From Octopus sinensis (Eukaryota), in the NCBI RefSeq assembly GCF_006345805.1, contig NW_021834277.1:1-50047 (forward strand): a stretch of DNA of 50,047 nucleotides, read 5' to 3'. Numbering within the stretch: position 1 is the stretch's first letter; each line of letters opens with the position of its first letter. The notes beneath the pieces are model-generated. The model saw only the letters and a program-made list of their open reading frames with translations. It searched no databases and was not told the origin of the DNA. Positions 1 to 11,390 of the stretch are shown piece by piece. The position numbers and the translations under genes were made by a program.

Positions 1-10
1 GCTCGTCAGT

Positions 11-430
11 ATGTATGTGTGTATGTATGTATGTATGTCTATGTATGCATGCATGCATGCGTGTGTATATATGCATGCATGCGTGTGTATATATGTATGC
101 ATGCGTGTGTATGCATGTATGTATGTATGTATGTATGTATGTATGTATGTGTGTGTGTATGTAGCCATCTATGTGAGTATGCAGGTATGTATATGTGTGT
201 ATGTATATATATGCGTGTATGTATGTATGTATGTATGTCTATGTATGTATGCGTGTGTATATATGTATGTATGCGTGTGTATGTATGTATGTACAATGCA
301 TGCGTGTATGTGCATGTAGCCATCTATGTGTGTGTATGCAGGTATGTATATGTGTGTATGTATATATGCATGCATGTATGTATACATGTATGTACGCATG
401 AAAGTGTGTATGTATGTATGTATATGTATG
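11..430. repeat. Degenerate (TATG)n/(TG)n microsatellite array
   Basis: Direct reading; explains the MYVC/HT-rich ORFs at 11-687. Confidence 0.95.
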
Positions 431-547
431 TGTGTATGTATGTATTTGTCTTTCCGTGTGTTTTTTTTCTCCTGTTTATCAGTCTGTCTGTCTGTCTGTC
501 CGTCCGTCACGTTTCTCCTGCAAGTTAGATCCTCCCGTCTCCTACAG

Positions 548-719
548 AGGCGATAATCTGAAATCGATTTCGTGTCGACCCGCCCCCAACTTCCTCCCGG
601 GACTTGGCCTTGAACCTGGCTGCGCATATACGCTTGCTTTACAACCACCACCACCACCATCACCATCACCATCATCACCAACAACATCTGCGTTCTGTCG
701 GCAGTCAGGAAATATGTGA
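548..719 (+). CDS. Possible terminal coding exon of an unidentified gene (GDNLKSISCRPAPNFLPGLGLEPGCAYTLALQPPPPPSPSPSSPTTSAFCRQSGNM*)
   Basis: Pyrimidine-rich acceptor cctcccgtctcctacAG (546-547), open frame to TGA at 717-719, ATTAAA at 771-776. No recognisable domain. Confidence 0.2.
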
Positions 720-841
720 TGTCAACACAACTTTCAATATTCCATTCATATTCGAAAATATGCGTTCTTTATTAAAAACTTTTTTTTAAAAAAACTGTCG
801 GCAAGAGGAAACTTCCGAGTAGCCCCGGACGGACACAGAAA

Positions 842-877
<36 letters not shown>

Positions 878-964
878 TAAAGCAGTTTGGTTCGGTTCCG
901 TACGACTTAAAGTTTCGCAGGACCGTAACAAGAGCCAGACTCTTTTACGCTTTAGATTACCGAA

Positions 965-991
965 TACACACACACACACACACACACACAT

Positions 992-1040
<49 letters not shown>

Positions 1041-1082
1041 AACACACACACAAATACACAAACACACACACACAAACGTACG

Positions 1083-1116
<34 letters not shown>
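965..1116. repeat. (CA)n microsatellite
   Basis: Direct reading. Confidence 0.95.
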
Positions 1117-1701
1117 ACCCCCTTTCGAAATTCACGATTTTTCGCTCCTCCGTCGCTAACCCCGAGTTCCTCTGACAATCAGTTTTCGACCAGACAGATA
1201 CAATAAATCTGGGTCCTCTTTCTCTCCCCTAATCGTACACCCGGTGAGGGTACATATTAAACACACACACACACACAACGCGTGTGCACTCACAGATTAT
1301 AGCTGTCGTCATCCTGTTATCCCTCTCGTCATACCTGGTGGTGTTGGCTACAAGTTAAAAGTAAGTAACTCCCGTTAATTACAGCTTAAGCCACTAATCT
1401 GCTTTGCTTTTTGACGTAATCTCCTTTAATCCTTTTCTGTTGCTGTGTAATAAGTTCTGTGGCGGTGGCGGAGAAGGTGATGGTGGTGGTGGTGGTGACG
1501 GGGGTTGGAAGGGGAGTGCGGGATGTAGTGGTAGGTGTAGTTGGGAAGGATGTGAGGGGGGGTACATCATTTTCTGCGTGTTTTTGTTGGGGTTTTTTTG
1601 TTGTTGTTGGTGGTTTTTTTTTTTTTCCCTTCTCATTTCTTCGTTGAGGGACAATAATAGTAATTGCTGTCTTTCCTTGACGAATGTTTCCAGTTCTAAA
1701 T

Positions 1702-1735
<34 letters not shown>

Positions 1736-1743
1736 GGTGATGG

Positions 1744-1774
<31 letters not shown>

Positions 1775-1776
1775 GG

Positions 1777-1835
<59 letters not shown>

Positions 1836-1851
1836 GTGGTGATGGTGGTGG

Positions 1852-1885
<34 letters not shown>

Positions 1886-2037
1886 GGTGATGATGATGAT
1901 GATGATGATGATGATGGTGGTGATGGTGGTGATGATGATGATGATGATGATGGTGGTGATGGTGGTGGTGATGATGATGATGATGATGGTGGTGATGATG
2001 ATGATGATGATGGTGGTGATGATGATGATGATGGTGG

Positions 2038-2068
<31 letters not shown>

Positions 2069-2170
2069 ATGATGATGATGATGATGATGATGATGATGGT
2101 GGTGATGAAGATGATGATGATGATGATGACGATGATGGTGGTGGTGGTGGTCATGGTGGTGATGATGGTG
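1702..2170. repeat. Compound (GAT)n/(GGT)n trinucleotide array
   Basis: Direct reading; source of poly-M/V and poly-S/P ORFs. Confidence 0.95.
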
Positions 2171-2417
2171 GCGAGGCTGTTGATATTGTTTAGGATGTGG
2201 AAGAGAAGGAGGGGGAGATAATGATGATGATGATGAGAAGGAGGAGAAGGAAGCGGGCGATTAATGATTAGCTTGATGATGAGGAGGACGTAGAGGGTGA
2301 TTATTATCATTTCATCATATGTAAAACCCTTTAGGTCTGCCTTTGTATTGTCCCCCCTCATCCTTCGCCCTTGTGGCAAATAAATGAAACCATCATTATT
2401 ATCATTATTATTATTAT

Positions 2418-2605
2418 TAGGAGGAGGAGGAGGAGGAAGAAGAAGAGGAGAGAGAGAAGGGGAGGAAAAGGAGGAGGAAGGGGAGGGATGGGGAAAAGGA
2501 GGAGGAAGAGGAAAAGGAGGAAGAAGAAACGGAGGAAGAAGAGGAAGAAGAAGAGGAGGAAGAAGAGAAGGAAGAAGAGGAGGAAGAAGAAGAGGAGGGA
2601 AGGTG
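2418..2605. repeat. (GAG/GAA)n purine tract
   Basis: Direct reading. Confidence 0.9.
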
Positions 2606-3149
2606 GAGGCCTACGATGATGAAGCTAAAATAGCGTCCGTAGGGCCGACCAACCACCCCCGTCATATAGCGACTTCCCCTCTCACTCAGCCTCCTTTAGT
2701 ATCTGCCATGTTCAGAAGCTGATATCTTAGTCTGACCTCTTCTTCAGTTGTGATTTTGTGACAAAATAGCTTTTGTAGGCCACGGTAGGCCACAAAACTC
2801 ACCGCCTCCAGTCCGTCAGCTCTCCACCGGCCAATCCTGAACAGTTCGGCGAAAATACTCCCGAAACGCCGCCCTTGTCCGTCCGTCCGTCGGCATTAAG
2901 ATATCGAACTCGTTTCGCACTTCGTCAGAAACTGTACCGTGGTTCGCCCATTGCCACTCAATTCCACCATCGTGTCCTATAATCGCAGGAACCTTGGCTC
3001 GGAAAACACAACCTTAACGCCAAAAAAGACGGTGCCTAACGTCGAAGAAATGGTCGGCTGCCATTATTCTCGCCCCCTGATCCAGACCCTTTAAGAATCC
3101 ATTTCCAACTACTAAATTCCCTTTTTATTACCCCACCTCCATTCTTCAA

Positions 3150-3365
3150 GGCGGTGAACTGGCAGAACCGTTAACGCGCCGGGCATAATGCTTGGTGACA
3201 TTTCTTACAACTCTTTACGTTCCGAGTTCGAATTCTTCTGACGACAACTTTACTCTTCATCCTTTCGAGGGTCGATGAAATATAGTACCAGCCAAATACT
3301 TGGATCATTGTGATTGACTTGCTCCCTTCCCTAAAAATTGCTGGCCTTGTGCCAAAATAAGAAAG
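3150..3365 (+). mobile_element. SINE family B, diverged copy (alternative tail)
   Basis: Head GGCGGTGAACTGGCAGAACCG, B-box-like GAGTTCGAATT, central CTTCATCCTTTCGAGGGTCGAT domain shared with other copies in the window. Confidence 0.75.
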
Positions 3366-3914
3366 CACTAACTCCCTCTTCTCCCTTCTAATACCAATCT
3401 ACCCCTACTTTCTTTTTTACCGTGCCTCACCGATTCTCTGTTTTCCAGTTCAAACGTACCCCATCATCTGTTTATAATTGTCCCCGTCAATTTCCGCTTA
3501 GCTAACTCCCTAATCCGGTCCCTGTAGGCTTTCTAGCTTAGTTTAACGCGTTTATTACAACACTACAAACATTTAATCGCACCCTCGTTCCCCTTTTTTT
3601 TTTCATCCCTTCTCATTCTGTTCCTCTCTTTCTCGTTCGTACACATTGCATGGGCGCCATATTTTTATTTATCGACTTTTACCTTATTTAAAAAAAAAAT
3701 ATCATTGATTAGTAACTAAAAGCATCACAAGAAAGAGAGCAAATAGAGACAGAGACTATGTTAGGGTTTGTACTGTGTAGGTAGCCATGTTAGTGTTTTG
3801 CAAAACCAAACTAAAATATAATTGTCGTTCGACATTTTTGCAGCACAGCGCTAAAGTTGTAGAAGTGAAATAATTGGAAGGTCTTTTTCCCTTATTTTTC
3901 ATTAATATAATTAC

Positions 3915-3956
<42 letters not shown>

Positions 3957-4894
3957 TACACATACACACACACACATACACATACACACACACACACACG
4001 GACTATCAAAGTAGGCTGCTTGTTCCCTGTCTTGAAACCTCTCACGCTTGATGTGCTCGTCAGAAGGCATATCAACAAAAATACTGGCGCGTAAGTGTGT
4101 CTGGTTTTTATTGTTGATGCTGCTGCTACTGTTGCTACCGCTGCTGCTGTAGTTGTTTTTGTTGTTATTTAATGTTAGTCCGGCTAGAATCGTGTTGACC
4201 TCTATGAAAAGTCATCTTAGAAACAAAAAATTTTGCGAGTTCGCGTGAAAACAAACATAAGGACTCTATACATACAAAGATACACCGTTCTTCAAGAGAC
4301 AAGGTAGGCCAGTTGCTGTCCCCGTGGGTCTATGGAGCAGAAACAACTCAGTGGAATATATTTGAAGAATAAAGACGAATAAGGGTATACTGAATGCCAT
4401 ACAGGATAGTTTTGGGGTTTCCTTAAATTATCTGAGCTTCTAGAAAGAACAGACCAATCGCTTTGTGGCAAGTGGTACCAATTCCGGATGAAAAGAAGAG
4501 ACAACCTCCAAAATTGATATGGATTAAGAAAAGAAGAAAAAAAACAGTCTGCTGTCCGGATACAAGAGGAATTCTGTAAACGTGTTTCTGCCCCAATAGA
4601 CGTTATCATCACAGCAGTTGTCCGACCTTATTTCCAGCACAAATGACTCTTGAATATATAGGAAAACAAACGCATTTATGGTGTAGGCCACGGTAGGCCA
4701 CAATTGACCGAGTGAAACGCAAATGAGCTGAGATAACACACACACGCACACGCACACGCACGCACACACACTCACACACACACACTTTTACTCGTCTTGA
4801 AAATATTTTTCAATTCTCCAAGTCTCCGCCTTTCGCCACCTCAACTTTCATCTTTATCTTCTCTTTAATCACCCATCCACCCTTCCATCTTCTC

Positions 4895-5340
4895 AACACA
4901 CACTTCCTGGGAGGTTTGTGGTGGGTAGATTGCTCCAGGCGCCTCCTCCATAGGGTCCTATCAAAAGCAACCGCCATCACATTTCCTGCCTCGGTTCCCA
5001 ACCTTGACCAACTGAGATTCTAGCTATTATCCAGACATCTTATTCTTGGCCTACCTACCCCTAGGTCTCCCGCCAGATGGCTCTGCATGAAGAATCCGCT
5101 TTGCGATTCTTTCCTGTGCCATTCTAATAACATGCCCGCAAGAACCGGTTCTGCGACTTTTCAATGCCAAGAAGGAACGGTTTGACTCGAAAATACTTCC
5201 TGATCTTCGAACTACGCACCCCATCAAGTCACTTTACTCCACAAGTCCTTCAGAGGAACCCAATTTCGAGTGCTTGCATTCGCGATCCTACTCTTTCGTT
5301 CATTATCCAACATTCACAACACTAAACGAGAATAGGCCCG
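4895..5340 (-). mobile_element. 3' fragment of an RTE-clade (Expander/Rex3-like) LINE, degraded RT C-terminus
   Basis: Manual minus-strand translation through stops and a frameshift: PILV*CCECWIMNERVGSRMQALEIGFL*RTCGVK*LDGVRSSKIR...GHVIRMAQERIAKRILHAEPSGGRPRG...AFDRTLWRRRL, matching the typical RTE C-terminal pattern (YGCECW, GHVIRM, RPRGRPR, DR..WR). Confidence 0.85.
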
Positions 5341-5461
5341 AAAACCGAATTGAAGATAAAAAGTTTATCTTCATCCCCCCCTCCTCTCCTTTTCTGAGGA
5401 TCGAACGCTAGAGCTGGTGCATTGCTGTGCCAACACCTGAATTTCTATATTTATATTTAAA

Positions 5462-5866
5462 CTAGCAGTATCGCTCGGCGTTGCTCGGGTTTGTAAGGGA
5501 AATAACTATATAAGCATTTTTAGAGAGTTATAGCCAAAAAATAGCAAAAAAATGCATTAAAAATGGAAAAAAATGATGGTAAATTTTTTTTTAAATCGTT
5601 GACTCATCGTAGACATTTTTAGAGAGTTACTTCCCTTATATAATAGCGAAAAAAATGCATTAAAATGGAAAAAATGATAGCAAATGTTTTTAAAAATCGT
5701 AGACTCATCGTAGACGCGCGCTAATACCCAGAAGGGCTCGATATGAATCACGACTATAAGATACCCGGTTTGGGTTAAACTGCACCGCAAAATGTGGGAG
5801 TAGTTAGGAATCTAAATCGTAGGAGACAGACAGACAGACACACAACCTCACTTTTATATATAATGA
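5462..5866 (-). mobile_element. Non-autonomous Helitron (~405 bp)
   Basis: Minus strand reads A|TC...hairpin CCCGAGCAACGCCGAG...CTAG|T (canonical 5' TC, 3' CTAG, A/T target). Internal (ACAG)n and a ~100-bp tandem duplication. Same 3' end recurs at 42924-42951. Confidence 0.8.
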
Positions 5867-6399
5867 TTTCCGCTTTCATTTGCCATTTTAAAATTTCTAT
5901 CTTTCCTCGTTCATCATTTTCTCGCTTCCCCCATTATATTTTCATTTATTTTCCATCCATCCTGTCTTTCAAGCCTCTTTCATTGCTCTCTGCTACAGAG
6001 GGCGCTGTAACCTCGCTTCTAAACACTAATAACTATCAATAATATATATATGTATACCTTGCTCAGATATTTCTTTCTCTGTTAACTAACGCCGCTAAAA
6101 CTACCGATACCGCCATTTTTTTCTTCTCTTTTTTTGTTATTAATTTCCACATGTTGGTTGCCATGGCAGATTTCGTTGCCAACGAAAGATGGACGAGGAG
6201 TTAAGTATCTTCTCGTCAGCGCACATTATATATATATATGTGTGTGTGTGTATGTATATGACAGATAGATAGACACACACACACATACATATATCCATAC
6301 GAATATACACATTTATACAAATACAGACATATGTACATATAAACGCACATATATACACACATACGTACGCATGAACACATATATACAAATATATACACA

Positions 6400-6810
6400 C
6401 TCTCATATACACCTGTATGCATATAGACATATAGATATACACATGCATATATAGATACCTATATATAACCACATATACACACACACATAAATATATATAT
6501 ATATATATGTATGTATGTATGTATGTATATACGCATATATACACATATATACACACACTTATATACACCTGTATGTATATAGACATATAGATATACACAT
6601 GCATATATAGATACCTATATATAACCACATATACACACACACACATAAATATATATATATATATGTATGTATGTATGTATATACACATATATACACATAC
6701 ACTCATATACACCTGTATGTATATAGACATATAGATATACACATGCATATATAGATACCTATATATAACCACATATACACACACACATAAATATATATAT
6801 ATGTATTATG
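6400..6810. repeat. Minisatellite, three ~144-156 bp TA/CA-rich units
   Basis: Anchor ACCTGTATG at 6411, 6567 and 6711, each followed by the same downstream string. Confidence 0.9.
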
Positions 6811-7333
6811 CATGTATGTATATACACATATGTGTGTGTGTGTGTTGTGTGTGTGTGTGTGTGTGTCATTCATTACAGCAACGAAGAGCCAGATGTAAAT
6901 AATACAAGGAAAGATGAAACAGCCTCGCTGGGTTGATTTACGGCGGGAGACGTAATTGAGCGCGCGCGCGCACGTACAAACATCAACACTTAATATCCAT
7001 CATTCTGACATTTATATTACGATAGTTAAACGGGCGTTGTGTGTGGCTTGGGAGAATCGTTGGGAGAGCGACGGACAAAACGTCTGGAGGTATTTCCGCC
7101 CGCTCTTTATGATCTGCGCTCAAATCCCGCCGGAGTCAGCTAAAGCAACCAATGCCATTGCGCGGGTGTTAAACGGTTCACAGAGAAAATTCCTCGGTTA
7201 TAAAACATTATATATGCTAACTACAAGAGCTTTTACAGGTTCCAATCATTGAACTGCCGGAACGCCTCCCATGTCAGTTTTCGATTGATGCCATCCCGTT
7301 GGTGAGGCAAGCAGGCATATACACACATATACA

Positions 7334-7392
<59 letters not shown>

Positions 7393-7600
7393 GTTAATCC
7401 AAATATGAAGACACAAAGAGAAAACACAACAACGCGAGGACGTGAAACAAGTATAGTGTTATTGGACGCTCAGGAAGGAAGAGAAGAAGGAGGGTTTAAC
7501 GTTTCGAGCGGAGCTCTTCGTCAGAAACATAGGAAAAGGAAAGATCCAGAGAAGGGAAGACGGAGGAAAATAAATCGCCAACGGTACACACGAGGTCGCG
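7393..7600 (-). mobile_element. Small hammerhead-bearing element, family P1 (Penelope-like/retrozyme-like), abutting (TA)n
   Basis: Homologous to 29478-29676 and 14864-14958; no coding capacity. Confidence 0.7.
7494..7528 (-). ncRNA. Minimal type I hammerhead ribozyme motif (P1)
   Basis: RNA: GUUU-CUGACGA-A-GAGC(UCC)GCUC-GAAA-CG-UU^-AAAC. Helix I GUUU/AAAC, helix II 4 bp, ACGU palindrome as helix III. Confidence 0.75.
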
Positions 7601-7799
7601 CAGCAGAAACATCTGACCATTATAAAACCAGATCATCTGCGTGGTTGTTCGGGAAGAAATAGCGGAACTCTCATCCGTCGTCCAACGATTCGGAAATCAA
7701 CCAGACAATCAAATGTTGCTATACGTCGCTGATCACAATGCGCTTTGATTCGTTTTAGCTTCTGAATGATGCCATCCCGCTGGCGAGGCGGGCAGGCCA

Positions 7800-7983
7800 A
7801 CATTGCCCCCGGATCAGAAGATTACTCCATCGCAGGGTGACCCATTTAAAGTTGAGTGGCCTGGACCAACGTGAAATGCAGCGTTTTGCTCAAGAACACA
7901 ACACACAGTCCGGTCCGGTCCGGGAATCGAACCCACGATCTAGCGATCATAAGTGCAACACCCTAACCACTAGGCCACGTGCT
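7800..7983 (-). mobile_element. SINE family C (tRNA head CGTGGCCTAGTGGTTAGGGTG...GGGTTCGATTCCCGG)
   Basis: A-box and B-box on minus strand; TTGAGCAA core as in 23908-24232. Confidence 0.75.
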
Positions 7984-8029
7984 CACACACACACGAGACA
8001 CACGTGTATGCATGTATATATGCATGTGC

Positions 8030-8082
<53 letters not shown>

Positions 8083-8212
8083 TTTATAATGATGAGAAAA
8101 TGTTAGCCGGTTCCTCCACCGTCTCAATCCTTTTGCTCAGCACCACCATCTCGCCCCCACCCCCTTCCATACCGTCCATTGCATTTAAATTGCTCACTAA
8201 GTACCAGAGTAC

Positions 8213-8246
<34 letters not shown>

Positions 8247-8561
8247 GAGGAGGAGGAGGAGGGGGGGAAGAGAAGGAATAGAGATCCGCATTTAATAACA
8301 TTGGCCCGAGTCTGGTTCCAATTACGGTAATTATTTCGGGAGAAAGGGTTTGTTAAAACGATTAAATAATAATAATAATAATAATAACAATAACAAAACT
8401 ATAAAAGACAGCAACAGATTTTATTTTATCGCTATTTTTATTCATTTTCAAGAAAACCAGATGGCGCGCGCGGCATTTACAATGTATCTGGGGTTAATGA
8501 CTGGGACCTTTGCGCCGTCACGCTGATCAGCTGAAAATAACAGCAAGACCTCACTCAAACA

Positions 8562-9550
8562 CAGGGTGTTCGGGCTAAATTTCATGACTTTTTATGTCTC
8601 CCTTTTTTTGTGGAAGAGCTTGGTGTAGTGGTGAGCTGTCAACGGCGTTGGAGAGCATTAAGATTAAAGTTATAGTTGAGGAAAGTTTAGCTGACACTGA
8701 GGAATGAAGGCCATAGGAATGTCTGGAAGGAGGTTACCTGTATCATGATGATTCGTGCTGGGTGTCAAAATACCGATATCATGACAGCTGCCGAATGGTC
8801 CGTGAACACTGGATGGCTAGAAGACGCGACATGGACGGCTGTAACGGAGACTACGAAGCTGTAAGGCGGCGAGCTGGCAGAAGGGTTAGCGCACCGGGCG
8901 AAATGCTTAGCGGTATTTCGTCTACAGCTACATTCTGAGTTCAAATTCCGCCGAGGTCGACTTTGCCTTTCATCCTTTCGGGGTCGATTAAATAAGTACC
9001 AGTTACGCACTGGGGTCGATATAATCGACTTAATCCGTTTGTCTGTCCCCTCTGTGTTTAACCCCTTGTGGGTAGTAAAGAAGCAGGTATTTCGTCTACA
9101 GCTACGTTCTGAGTTCAAATTCCGCCAAGGTCGACTTTGCCTTTCATCCTTTCGAGGTCGATTAAATAAGTACCAGTTACGTACTGGGGTCGATATAATC
9201 GACTTAATCTGTTTGTCTGTCGTTGTCTGTCCCCTCTGTGTTTAGCCCCTTGTGGGTAGTAAAGAAATATGTAACGGAGACTGCGAAGCTGTGGCCAACG
9301 GGAAGGGACCGAGCAGGCGTTCTGACTGCGTCTGAACGAGGGAATTTAGCTCCAGATCTATGAACAAGGCCTTAGGCTCAATCCAAACAATTATGCGAAG
9401 CTGCTTGATGCTGTGGTCAAATCCTGGCCGGAGAGCGTTACTGCTGGAAGGCCATATGTGTGATAGTGGGATTCGGTTCCTTGCCATGTCTGCGAGAAGG
9501 GTCAGAGAATTTCTAGTAGTAAAGCAGGGGAGAATTATGCCTTCCTAACC
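8562..9550 (+). mobile_element. Internally deleted, degraded Tc1/mariner element interrupted by a SINE B
   Basis: Candidate left TIR CAGGGTGTTCGG at 8562. N-terminal peptide MMIRAGCQNTDIMTAAE...DGCNGDYEAV|ANGKGPSRRSDCV joins across the SINE. DDE-region peptide GLRLNPNNYAKLLDAVVKSWPESVTAGRPYV**WDSVPCH. Right TIR not found. Confidence 0.7.
8865..9270 (+). mobile_element. SINE family B with tandemly repeated head-less body and ~23-bp TSD
   Basis: TGTAACGGAGACT(A/G)CGAAGCTGT at 8840-8862 and 9270-9292; body restarts at GTATTTCGTCT (8913, 9087). Confidence 0.9.
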
Positions 9551-9816
9551 TACAAAAAATTAAAATATTTCGTATTTTATGCATCGTAATCAGAGTAACC
9601 TTCATAATTTTATTGAATTAGGTGCATATTTTGCCATAAAAGGAAAATGTTGCTATCGATCTTCTTTTTATTCAAGGTAGGCCCCTGCCTACCTAGGCGG
9701 CACGTCCCTGCCGTAGTGATAGATTAAGCCGAGAGACGCTGAGATGTGGGAACTTCTATACCTCCGTTTGATCATGCTAGAAATAGCAGCTAAATGTCTC
9801 TCTTTCGGCATATATA

Positions 9817-9990
9817 GAGCCAGGCATAGCTGTAAGGTTTGAAAAACCGCTTTGCAGTCACATGCTTTTGGGTTCGGTCAGTCCTGCATGGCACCTTGGG
9901 CTAGTGTCTCCTTCTGTAGCCCCGAGACGACCAATACCTTCTGAATGAATTTAGTCGACAGAAACTGAGTGGAATTCGTGTGTGTGTATA
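9817..9990 (+). mobile_element. SINE family A 5' half, old and diverged
   Basis: GGCACCTTGGGCTAGTGTC and GACAGAAACTGA align to the family A head. Confidence 0.6.
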
Positions 9991-10231
9991 TACATTGATG
10001 GTTTCGAGTGCTTCCTTTATTTACGAATTGATTTCTTAATTTCACCGGAGTATAAATACCGATAATGGTGAAACACTTCTCAAATTCTATGCAATATTTT
10101 CTATAAGTATTTCATTTTGTCTACTTTCTTTTTTATATGAATCGACCCTCGTTCGCATGAGTATAGATCATGGTGTACCTATGTGCGTAGACACGTGTGG
10201 GCATACATACATACATACATACATACATACA

Positions 10232-10262
<31 letters not shown>

Positions 10263-10884
10263 GCGAGTGTGCGTGTGCGTGTTGATGTATTCGAGAGTTT
10301 CGCTTATTTTCGAGTTAATTTCTTAATTTCACCAGAGTATAAATACCTATAATGGTAATACTTACAAAATCAATTAATTCAGTTCAATTAAAAAGGCACG
10401 GGTAAGCAATGCATTGTAAGCCACACTATAATTTGCAGAAACATATTATCTGCGCGCAGGGTATGCGTCGCCCTGCCGATGCCTATTTCTTTTTTATTTT
10501 CATTTTTGTTTTTCTTGCTAAATAATTACTTGCAGTAAGTCCCTTCATTAAATATGTTAATATATTAATATGAAATATGTTAATATATTTTCCTTGCATT
10601 AATTATGTTAACAGTAACGTAACAACTGATTCCTAAATTTGGCACAAGAGCGTAAAATGTAATGGGTGGCGGGCAAATATGCCGTTAGATCGAACTTAGT
10701 TGCGGAGAAGTTCAAGATAATTGATCGATCGAAAACCGGCGAGACTTGAACTCAGAACCTAAAGTGACGTAACTAAACACGGCTATACTTTTAAACCGGC
10801 ACATTGCGGCCTAAAACTGTCGGATTAAAGGTTTAGTTTGAATTATTGTTCCTAACGTTATAAGGCAGAAACGTTCGCAGGCCG

Positions 10885-11060
10885 AGACAAAATGCTTAGC
10901 GTTACGGTAAGAGTTCGAATTTCGCTGTGGTTGACTTTGCCTTTCATCCTTTCAAGGGCCAATAAAATAAGTGACAGTTGAGTATTGGGGTCCACATAAT
11001 TGACTAGCTATCTCCCCAACCAAATTCCAAGCCTTGTGTCTATTAGTAGAAAGAATTAGG
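10885..11060 (+). mobile_element. SINE family B, diverged
   Basis: AAATGCTTAGCG...GAGTTCGAATT...GACTTTGCCTTTCATCCTTTC. Confidence 0.65.
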
Positions 11061-11390
11061 ATATTCCGACTATTAACTACGTTTTTACTCTGTACGTTTA
11101 CAATATTTATATCTGTACTACGATTTGATCAGTTCGATCTCCGATCGATATCATCTGTGCCATTTAAAAAAAAAAAAAGATACGTACATAGTTCACAATT
11201 GAATCCGAACATGGGACGTTATTTTCATAATTCTAGAAGCATTCATAGTACCGACTGCTCCAATAATGATAGTTCTTTTAAAAAGACTATCGAGATTACA
11301 AACGAAATAAAAACGGGTATATTTGGCATCGTTATCTAACAGAATCAGTCTACCGTTTGTGTGTGTATTCTTAAGACCAGTTTAAATATA

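Noticed and set aside
3-9. CTGACGAG on the minus strand at the window edge
   Set aside because: The rest of any hammerhead would lie outside the window; cannot be evaluated.
2803-2818. In-frame UGA as selenocysteine
   Set aside because: No Sec-type redox motif context and no SECIS identified.
2905-2935. CUGACGA-AGUGC-GAAACGAG hammerhead-like string (minus)
   Set aside because: Helix II is only 1 bp and there is no complementary helix I strand.
4300-4600. YGAET peptide suggesting another LINE RT fragment
   Set aside because: Downstream RTE motifs do not follow convincingly.
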